A stretch of 39,471 nt of DNA from Promethearchaeota archaeon (lineage in GTDB: Archaea; Asgardarchaeota; Lokiarchaeia; Sigyniarchaeales; SOKP01). The stretch's first letter is position 1. Each line of letters begins with the position of its first letter. The notes beneath the pieces were generated by a model. That model saw nothing but the letters and a program-made list of their open reading frames with translations. It was not told the origin of the DNA and made no database searches. The position numbers were made by a program, and so were the translations under genes. The stretch covers positions 1-39,471 of the forward strand of contig SHMW01000033.1 in NCBI GenBank assembly GCA_008080735.1, in the 5' to 3' direction. Positions 9,243 to 17,012 of the stretch are shown here, piece by piece.

Positions 9243-12200
9243 TTATTGCTTTTTCGGTAATCTTATGATAACACGTGTACCCTTCGAGCGTTCACCTTCA
9301 ACCCTATCTTCTATGCTAATCTCTCCATTATAAAGATTTAGTATTCTATTTACTATTAGTAATCCAATCCCCATACCAGAATGTGAAGAATCAATTTTCC
9401 CTTTAAAGAGCTTTTCTCTGATAGGTGAGGGAATGCCCATGCCATTATCTTCTATTTCGATTTTAGCATACTCCCTCCCATCAATATGAGTTGAAGAAAT
9501 GTTTATCCATAATTTTTTGGTTTGACTGTCATTATATTTAATCGCATTAAGAAAGATATTTTCAAATACATCTTCTAAGATATTAGAAGCCAAGACAGGA
9601 ATTTCTTCCTTCGGTGTAGATATTTCAAACTTAAGCTTTTCTTCCGGATATGTGTCTAAAATATACGATTTCGCATTTTCAATGATATAGATAAGATCAA
9701 TCGGGCTTTTTTGAATTTCCTCAATGTCAATTGCAGTTAATTTTTCAATATTTTCAATTAATTTAAAGCCCTTTGAAGTTTGTTGCTTGCTAGTTTGGAT
9801 ATATTCATACAGTTTTTCGCTTTTAGCATCCTCATTATATATATTTTCGGCAAGCTCCATCGAACTGAGAATGACTTGCAGTAAATTGCGCATATCATGT
9901 GTAAATAAGTCTTTATAAAGACGTAATTGATTATAGGAATCACGAAATTTCTCCTTGGTTTTCTCTAATTCGTTTTCTGCAAGTTTCCGAACCGTTATGT
10001 TATAAAACGTTACAACTGCTCCGTCAATAACATTTTCCTCTGTCTTATATAGACTTATACGGAGTCTATACCATCTATTATTCTCTGTTTTAAGATCTTT
10101 TTCGATGGGCTTAAGATCATCTAAAACTTTTTTTATATCGTCTGAAAGATGTTTATATTCTAAAGTCGACGAGATATCAGATATAGGTCGTCCGATATCA
10201 GATTGGATTAGACTAAAGATTTCTGTGGCTTTAGGTGTATAGCGTTTAATCTTCAGTTGATTGTCAACAAAGACTGTCGCAATCTCGGTACTATTCATTA
10301 AATTCTTGAGGTCGTCATTAGCTTCTTTTAGTTCTTGATTTTTTTCTTGAAGTTCGCTGTTTACAGTAGATAATTCTTCATTGACAGATTGGAGTTCTTC
10401 TTTAGAAGTTTGTAATTCCTCATTGGTACTTCGAAGTTCTTCGTTAGAGGATTGGAGCTCTTCATTGGTGGATTTTAGCTCTTCGTTTTTAGTCTCTAGT
10501 TCTTCGATTGTCGATTGGAGATATTTTTTTGTTTGGTCAAGCTCATTTTCCAACTGTTTTATTCTCGCATTACTCACCTTATCTATTTCTTCGGTGAGTT
10601 TTTCTTGTGGAATATCAGCTAATTCAGTGTTTATTTCTTCGAAAATAATTAGAAAAAGACCTTTCATTGATTCGGGTTCATTAATAGGTCTGACGATTAA
10701 ATTTATTATTATTTCTTCTCCGTTTGTCTGGATATTCACATTTTTCATTTTAATCACATCTCCCGTGGTCTCAGCTTTTCTAATGGCAGTTGAAAGTTTA
10801 ATTTTTAATCCTTTTCGAGCCATATTTAAAATATTTACTGTTGCTTTGCCTTCAGCGGGCTCCAAAAACTGCCCCGTTCTTCCATACACATAAAGAATAT
10901 CCTTGTCTTGATTGATAAGTATTGAGGGAGGAGTATAATAATCTAACAATTGAGTTTTAATTACCTTTTCATAATCTACTTTCTTAATCTCCCGTTTTGG
11001 AATTTCATATTCAGGGATTTCTGTAACTGAATAATCAAATAATGGAGGAAAAATATTAAACTCTTTTTTATAAGTATCGGGAGCTTGCTTATATTTAAAA
11101 ATCTTATGAGAGCTATCTTCCTCAGTAAATAATCGTTTAGCATCGGAAATGGCCTCTGATTTGCCCAGAAACAAATAACCTTGTTCGTTAAGTGCATAAT
11201 GAAAAATATTCAAGAGTTTTTCTTGATATTCTTGTTTAAGATAAATGAGAAAATTTCTGCAGCTTATTAAGTCAACATTAGAATAAGGCGGATCGCTCAA
11301 AACATTCTGCTCAGCAAATATTATCATATTACGAATGCTCTTTTTTATTATATATTGATTCCCTTTTGATACGAAATATCTATCTAATCTTTCTTGAGAA
11401 ACATCTACCGAAATATTATCTAAGTAACTTCCTCTCCGTGCGGTCTCTATTGATTGAGTGTCAATATCAGTTGCGAATATTTGAATTTTTTGGGGGAGCT
11501 CATTCTCTCTTTTATATTGTTGAAGTAATATGGCAATGGAATATGCTTCTTCTCCCGTTGAGCATCCTGGAACCCACACACGTATTGTATCGTCAGATGT
11601 TTTAGTTTGAAACAACTTAGGGACAATCTTCTTTTCCAAAGCTTCAAAAGACTCCTTATCTCTGAAAAAGTTCGTGACTCCGATGAGGAATTCTTGAAAA
11701 AGTTTATCAACTTCAGTAGGAAAAGATTGGAGATACTCAATATATTCATTAAAATCATAGATCTGGTTTACACCCATCCTCTTTTTTATTCTACGAATAA
11801 TTGTACTTTCCTTGTATGCTGAGAATTGATGTCCCGTTCGTTCATATACCAGTTGATATAAGATATCCAATCCTCTATTTACTTCATGTTTGTTAAACTT
11901 CGCTTTTTCCTCCAATTGTGTGTAATATGAATTAACATATTCCGCCACTTTTTCGGGAATCTTTTCGGGCGGTAAAATGTAGTCTATTTTTAAACTCTCT
12001 ATGGCATTTCTTGGCATATCATTATATTCTGCACTCTCGGGATCTTGGACGATTGCAATACCATTTACTCCCTTAATTTCTCTTAAACCCAAGGTACCAT
12101 CAGTACCAGTCCCAGAAAGCAAAATTCCAATCGATTTATCTCCAAATTCACGCGCCATCGAGCGAAAAAGAAAATCTATTGTTTTTCGCTGACCTCTTTG

Positions 12201-12545
12201 AGCTGAAAAATCTTCAACTTTTATCCTCGTGTCATTAATAGACAATTTATGGTTTGGTGAGATTACATAGATGGTATTAGGTTCTATATCTTGACTTTCC
12301 ATAACTTGAATCACGTTCAAGCTGGTGAATTTTTTCAAGATCTCATCTAAATTACTTTTATGATCGGGATCTAAATGTTGGACGACAATATAGGCAATAT
12401 TACTATCAACGGGTATATTGGAAAATAATTTCTTAAACGCGTCCAAGCCACCAGCAGAGGCTCCAATTCCAACGATAGGAAACGGTTCTATGGGTTCTTT
12501 CGACCTTTTTTTTTGCTTTTTTGATTTATTATTCGACTTATTCAT
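9243..12545 (-). CDS. CheB-CheR-PAS-coiled coil-PAS-histidine kinase fusion (CheBR hybrid kinase)
   Basis: CheB triad motifs GASAGG, VVQH, GTGTDG. CheR motifs GVTNFFRD, PGCSTGEEAYS, ATDID, CRNFLIY. NEELxS heptads. H-box FTHDMRN, N-box NIFLNAIKY, G1 EDNGMGI, G2 GMGIGL. Confidence 0.93.
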   Translation of the reverse strand: MNKSNNKSKKQKKRSKEPIEPFPIVGIGASAGGLDAFKKLFSNIPVDSNIAYIVVQHLDPDHKSNLDEILKKFTSLNVIQVMESQDIEPNTIYVISPNHKLSINDTRIKVEDFSAQRGQRKTIDFLFRSMAREFGDKSIGILLSGTGTDGTLGLREIKGVNGIAIVQDPESAEYNDMPRNAIESLKIDYILPPEKIPEKVAEYVNSYYTQLEEKAKFNKHEVNRGLDILYQLVYERTGHQFSAYKESTIIRRIKKRMGVNQIYDFNEYIEYLQSFPTEVDKLFQEFLIGVTNFFRDKESFEALEKKIVPKLFQTKTSDDTIRVWVPGCSTGEEAYSIAILLQQYKRENELPQKIQIFATDIDTQSIETARRGSYLDNISVDVSQERLDRYFVSKGNQYIIKKSIRNMIIFAEQNVLSDPPYSNVDLISCRNFLIYLKQEYQEKLLNIFHYALNEQGYLFLGKSEAISDAKRLFTEEDSSHKIFKYKQAPDTYKKEFNIFPPLFDYSVTEIPEYEIPKREIKKVDYEKVIKTQLLDYYTPPSILINQDKDILYVYGRTGQFLEPAEGKATVNILNMARKGLKIKLSTAIRKAETTGDVIKMKNVNIQTNGEEIIINLIVRPINEPESMKGLFLIIFEEINTELADIPQEKLTEEIDKVSNARIKQLENELDQTKKYLQSTIEELETKNEELKSTNEELQSSNEELRSTNEELQTSKEELQSVNEELSTVNSELQEKNQELKEANDDLKNLMNSTEIATVFVDNQLKIKRYTPKATEIFSLIQSDIGRPISDISSTLEYKHLSDDIKKVLDDLKPIEKDLKTENNRWYRLRISLYKTEENVIDGAVVTFYNITVRKLAENELEKTKEKFRDSYNQLRLYKDLFTHDMRNLLQVILSSMELAENIYNEDAKSEKLYEYIQTSKQQTSKGFKLIENIEKLTAIDIEEIQKSPIDLIYIIENAKSYILDTYPEEKLKFEISTPKEEIPVLASNILEDVFENIFLNAIKYNDSQTKKLWINISSTHIDGREYAKIEIEDNGMGIPSPIREKLFKGKIDSSHSGMGIGLLIVNRILNLYNGEISIEDRVEGERSKGTRVIIRLPKKQ
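10340..10520 (-). repeat. Degenerate 21-nt coding repeat (NEEL[QKR]S[TS] heptads) within the CheBR kinase
   Basis: Protein segment STIEELETKNEELKSTNEELQSSNEELRSTNEELQTSKEELQSVNEELSTVNSEL; boundaries approximate. Confidence 0.8.
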
Positions 12546-12879
12546 ATGAATGACATCATCACTCTCTATTTCTTAGGGGAGCAAATGATATATGTGAAGT
12601 CTAATATCTGCTTTCCTTATTTAATTAAGATGCATAATATATTATTAAATCTTACTATCTAACATGATTTGAGTCAATGTTCTATATGAATATGGACAAT
12701 TTAGTAATCCATTCATAGAAAAATTTTGACTTCCATTAATAAAATAAATATTGGAATATGACGTGGATATTACATACCTATATAACCCATTCAATTATAT
12801 GATTCTCATACATATTGAGATGTTCTCTTAGTACAACTGTGATAACATCCTCTGGTAATTCACAACAATTTATATCATT

Positions 12880-13152
12880 ATGAGTTCAAAACCAAGATCT
12901 TCTGGAAAGGCTTCTGCATCTTTAGAAAATCTAAAAACAACAGAAATTAGAAAGCTTAAATTACAAAAAACCTCCAATCAAAATTCTTATTCTCGTAATG
13001 CTATTCATGATGATAATTTGGAAATAGTTAAAGATCTTCAAAAAATCATTCAAAACTGCTCACAACTCTCTGAAAAAGAAATTTGGGATTATTGCCAGAG
13101 CCAGAGATATTTTATGAAATTGTATTTACAGAAATTAAATAATGAATCATGA
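12880..13152 (+). CDS. Hypothetical 90-aa protein
   Basis: ATG-initiated ORF divergent from the CheBR kinase; low-complexity N-terminus and helical-looking C-terminus; no family recognised. Confidence 0.4.
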   Translation: MSSKPRSSGKASASLENLKTTEIRKLKLQKTSNQNSYSRNAIHDDNLEIVKDLQKIIQNCSQLSEKEIWDYCQSQRYFMKLYLQKLNNES

Positions 13153-13432
13153 TTCGATTTTTGTATATCAAGAGATAATCATATATGTTTTTTATATGTT
13201 TTTCCTTACTAAAGTTTCGGAATTGATAAATAATATTTACCTAATTCGTCATTCCGATAAAAGATTTAAATCTTTAGAGTAAATTTTAAATAACCTATAC
13301 TCTATATATTATGTGACAGATATCAAATATGAGCTGTCTAAGAAGATAGATCATGCCTTGCTTAAATCCCTGGATTTTTGTCTTTTGGTGATCTACTTTA
13401 TTTAGGTAAAGTAGAAATCTTCTTTACTTCTC

Positions 13433-13465
13433 CCTTATTTATGATGGTTTGGAGCAAGGAGATCT
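13433..13465. repeat. 33-nt intergenic direct repeat, copy 1 (CCTTATTTATGATGGTTTGGAGCAAGGAGATCT)
   Basis: 32 of 33 nt identical to 13848-13880; preceded by hairpin 13392-13415 and followed by TCTACTC and a T-tract. Confidence 0.85.
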
Positions 13466-13705
13466 ACTTCTACTCTTTTTTTTATATAGAGATAAAACTA
13501 CCCAATTTGGAAATCTTTTTAAATAGTAAAAATCCACAAATTTGGTTATTTTGTTATCTAAAAATCTAATTCAAAACTAAATCTATACATAAAGGAAATT
13601 CGTATAAAGGTTAAGTTTTTACTCCAACTATTTTCTTCTGCTTTGATGTTGGGTAAGATCTTAGGTGAAATAGAATAAAACACACAATTTCAAATATTTT
13701 TAATA

Positions 13706-13741
13706 TAAAAAAGGGATGGGTATTTCAAAATGACCCATCCT
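13706..13741 (-). terminator. Hairpin with a minus-strand U-tract (terminator-like)
   Basis: GGATGGGT (13714-13721) pairs with ACCCATCC (13733-13740); the A-run at about 13707-13712 gives a U-tract on the minus strand. Confidence 0.4.
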
Positions 13742-13847
13742 AGAAATAGAACAAAAAATTGACTACAAAAATTAGAACATAACAAAGATAAGAGAACGAA
13801 TATTTAAATATAAGGATAAGAGGATTAATTCACCCTCTACCCCTCTT

Positions 13848-13880
13848 CCTTATTTATGATGGTTTGGAGAAAGGAGATCT
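13848..13880. repeat. 33-nt intergenic direct repeat, copy 2 (CCTTATTTATGATGGTTTGGAGAAAGGAGATCT)
   Basis: One mismatch to copy 1, 415 nt downstream; also followed by TCTACTC and a T-rich tract. Confidence 0.85.
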
Positions 13881-14191
13881 TTGCGATTTGCTCTACTCAT
13901 TTTCTCTTATACAAATAAGTAAAGAAAGCGTATCTCAATTCACTCCTATATTCGTATTAGGGATTAATTTTAAAATTGTATATACTATATACGAATAATT
14001 GGGATCCTGATCTTTTATGGTGAGAAAAGTAATTATTTTTTCTCTCTTAAATTATTTAAAAATTTTAGACAGATTAACGAGAATCTTTCTTATATAAATA
14101 ACCACTTTAAAGAAAAAGACAATATAAACTATAACAGATGGAAAATCATATATAAGAACTTTTATAAATCCTAAATATATTATAAATACAT

Positions 14192-15244
14192 ATGGTTAAA
14201 AGCCGAAATCTCTCGAAAAAAATTACAGCCCGTCTTACAATATCTCTATCTCCATATCTCAAAGATTTGGTAAAGAGATATGTCAAGGAGAAACGCCAAG
14301 AATATCCAGACGAGGAAATGTATAGTAGTATCTCCAGATTTATTAGCAATATTATAGAAATTGGGCTTGAAATTTCTGATCATTATGATTCCTTGGAAAA
14401 ATTAAAAAAAATACCGGGAAAGCAGATACTAGACTTCTATGATGATATCAGCTTCAGAGCTGTTATTGATACTTATGAAGAAAATGTTGAAAAAAGTAAG
14501 TATGACCTTCATGATTCTGACCAAATTATCGCATTATTTTTAAAATTCAAGGATTATCTTTTGAAGGATGCTGATAAACTTTCAGATGAATTAATGGAAA
14601 AGAGAGCGGGTGAATTTAATAAATATTTTGTTGACAATAAAGTTGCTAAAGATTTTGATATTATTATTAAAGGAAATAGATATCTCCTGGATTTTAGTGG
14701 AACCTATCCAAACATACACTTCTTATATACAAAAGGTATCATAGGAATCTTTTCAGTTTTAGGTTTGAAATTAATAGATGCGATTATCGGGAGAGATTAT
14801 TCAAAAATGGAATTTGAAAAAACATGGCTTTTTAGAAGCAGTGAATTACAAAAAAAAGAAAGGAAACGTCTTTATCAAGAGAATATGGCGAAAGTTATCA
14901 ATTATAATTCCATAGTAAACGATAAAGCGCATCATCTCTGGATAAGATTGTCAGATTATGAAAATACCGTCATAACCTTCAGAAATAAGTCCGAAGGAAT
15001 AAAAACTGTTGAAGAAATCAGCCAAGAAATAATTAGATTTTCTAAATATGGTTATAAGAGAGATATTTTAAGACTCTTTGAAAAACTGAATTGGATTAAG
15101 GTCACAGAATCTCTAACAAAGGAAATTCCTTTTCAATTCTCGATCTCTGAGCAGTATCATCAAATGGAAAGGGAAATTACGTTAGAGATATTAAATAGTC
15201 ATGGAAAAATCTATCAGGAGGATAATACATTTTATTTTAAGTAA
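14192..15244 (+). CDS. Hypothetical protein with an N-terminal ribbon-helix-helix-like domain
   Basis: RLTISLSPYLKDLVKRYV...YSSISRFISNIIE fits the RHH strand-helix-helix pattern; about 290-aa C-terminal region unassigned. Confidence 0.6.
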   Translation: MVKSRNLSKKITARLTISLSPYLKDLVKRYVKEKRQEYPDEEMYSSISRFISNIIEIGLEISDHYDSLEKLKKIPGKQILDFYDDISFRAVIDTYEENVEKSKYDLHDSDQIIALFLKFKDYLLKDADKLSDELMEKRAGEFNKYFVDNKVAKDFDIIIKGNRYLLDFSGTYPNIHFLYTKGIIGIFSVLGLKLIDAIIGRDYSKMEFEKTWLFRSSELQKKERKRLYQENMAKVINYNSIVNDKAHHLWIRLSDYENTVITFRNKSEGIKTVEEISQEIIRFSKYGYKRDILRLFEKLNWIKVTESLTKEIPFQFSISEQYHQMEREITLEILNSHGKIYQEDNTFYFK

Positions 15245-15267
15245 AACACTTTAACTTGCGATATTAT

Positions 15268-16980
15268 TCAATAATAGCGTTTTATCTCATCTATCACTAG
15301 ATTAATAAGATCTTTCGAGCTCTGAATCGCATAAAACGTCATTTTATCGGTCAAATCTCCAAATTTATCTTTAGGAATTTTATTAGTTCCAATAAAGAAT
15401 CCCACAATCTTATGGCCCCTCGAAATAAGGTTTAAAAAGTTTTTTTTCGCGCTACTCCAATTATGAATCCCAAAATCAGTAATTATGAATACAAGGACGT
15501 TTTTATCTGCGTTTTTACATTGAGTACTTATTTCTTTGGTAGGTAATACAGTTCCTCCTCCTTGATAATTTAACAAGACCTTTTCTGCAGGTTGATAATT
15601 TGGTGTCCAGTCGCAAATATCTGCTTTATTTGAGAAATTAATAATGCTGAACTCTACTCCTCGCTTGGAGGCATAATGAAGTGCTGCAAATGCTGCGATT
15701 AGGGCAGTATGATACGGTCCTCGTCCTTTATCTGTTTTTGCAGTATATTTCCATCCCATTGAACCAGAAGAATCCAAAACAATTAAAAGATCTGGAATCT
15801 CTTGCTCCTCTAAGTGTCCAGCACCTAATTTATACGCCCATTTACGTGTGGTAATATTTGGAATAATTATAGGGCTATTTAATAAGGATTGGACCACATC
15901 CAGCTCTTCTATGGGATCTCCTATTCTCCAGACTTCTGGATAAATGGGAACCTCCCCCCCCGGTTTTTCTTCGAAGATTCGAATCTGGATCAAATCCTTC
16001 GCTTTTCCCCGGTACCATGTAGCGAGAGCATTCTTCTCGATTAAGATTCCTGCTTGGTTCGCGGGAGCTCCAAATTCCGAATAATTGACATCTTTTGCAA
16101 ATTGTTCGGACTTTTCTTGAAGTTTATCATTATTCTCATTATCCAATTTATCAGAGTTCTTACTTTCAAGTGGATTGTCCATTAATTCTAATATATCATC
16201 TGGGATTTCAATATAATATTCCCCATTCCCAGGGGATTTTCGAGCAGACTTCCCTTTTTGAGTCTTACATCCTTTTCCAACTAGTGTAAATGTATCTTTT
16301 ATAAGTTCATTTAAATAATAGGCGATTTTCTCAACTTTTTCTTCCCATTTTGTTTCATCATGGAAATTTTTTAAAACGATTTCTGAGATCCGTTCAGCTA
16401 GACCCAATTTATCATCTGAGCTTCCATTCTCTAAAATATTGATATTTAGGACTTTTTCATAAATTAGGAAGAGAAGTCTAGAAAATTCAGATAATCCATG
16501 AGTATGCATTATATGTTTATAAGTTGTTTTTAACTCCCATGCCATTAGTTCTGGATGCTTTGAATATAGGGTTTTATCGATAACTAAGTCTCCAAATATA
16601 TTGACTACAATTGGGGCAAAATTTTGGTTAACATGTTTCATTGCCGCTTTCAATAAACCAGCATTGATTAAACCATCATATGGGATAATTTGATAATGGG
16701 ATATTTCATGCAAACTTATCGAGTAATAAAAATTAATATACTCGACTTCAGAGGAAAACAACGGAGTATTAGCTAAATTCATAGTAATTTGCCATCGGTC
16801 TTCAGGATTTATATAGAATCCTTCTTGATGGGTATAATCAAATACAAAGTGTGGTTGGGATAGAGGGGGATAATAATATTCTTGTATCGATTTATTCCAT
16901 CCTTTAAGGGCTAATTCCTTTATTTTTTCCTCATTTTTACGTATAAAATTGGTGCTCTGATCATCTTTAAAATTGCTCAT
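15268..16980 (-). CDS. VWA-domain protein with an N-terminal HExxH zincin-like domain
   Basis: LHEISHY with downstream NIFGDLVID; MIDAS DSSGS, GGT and ITD in the C-terminal VWA. Confidence 0.85.
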   Translation of the reverse strand: MSNFKDDQSTNFIRKNEEKIKELALKGWNKSIQEYYYPPLSQPHFVFDYTHQEGFYINPEDRWQITMNLANTPLFSSEVEYINFYYSISLHEISHYQIIPYDGLINAGLLKAAMKHVNQNFAPIVVNIFGDLVIDKTLYSKHPELMAWELKTTYKHIMHTHGLSEFSRLLFLIYEKVLNINILENGSSDDKLGLAERISEIVLKNFHDETKWEEKVEKIAYYLNELIKDTFTLVGKGCKTQKGKSARKSPGNGEYYIEIPDDILELMDNPLESKNSDKLDNENNDKLQEKSEQFAKDVNYSEFGAPANQAGILIEKNALATWYRGKAKDLIQIRIFEEKPGGEVPIYPEVWRIGDPIEELDVVQSLLNSPIIIPNITTRKWAYKLGAGHLEEQEIPDLLIVLDSSGSMGWKYTAKTDKGRGPYHTALIAAFAALHYASKRGVEFSIINFSNKADICDWTPNYQPAEKVLLNYQGGGTVLPTKEISTQCKNADKNVLVFIITDFGIHNWSSAKKNFLNLISRGHKIVGFFIGTNKIPKDKFGDLTDKMTFYAIQSSKDLINLVIDEIKRYY

Positions 16981-17012
16981 GATTTCCTAAGATAGTGAAG
17001 TGTCAAATTTAT

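Noticed and set aside
10381-10893. 170-aa Ser-rich + strand ORF
   Set aside because: Antisense shadow of the NEEL heptad region of the CheBR kinase.
9243-12545. Chemotaxis operon
   Set aside because: No cheA, cheW or MCP; CheB and CheR are fused to a class I histidine kinase.
13313-13405. 30-codon GTG ORF (VTDIKYELSKKIDHALLKSLDFCLLVIYFI) as a type I toxin-like peptide
   Set aside because: Too short, hydrophobic tail marginal, and no equivalent beside repeat copy 2.
13441-13465. Box C/D guide RNA or SECIS element (ATGATG...GA)
   Set aside because: No CUGA D box, no convincing kink-turn helix, and no in-frame-UGA selenoprotein nearby.
13378-13569. 63-aa ORF across repeat copy 1
   Set aside because: TTG start and T-tract-derived composition; copy 2 does not preserve the ORF beyond a few codons.
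13433-13880. CRISPR array from the 33-nt repeats
   Set aside because: Only two copies, separated by 382 nt, and no cas genes in the window.
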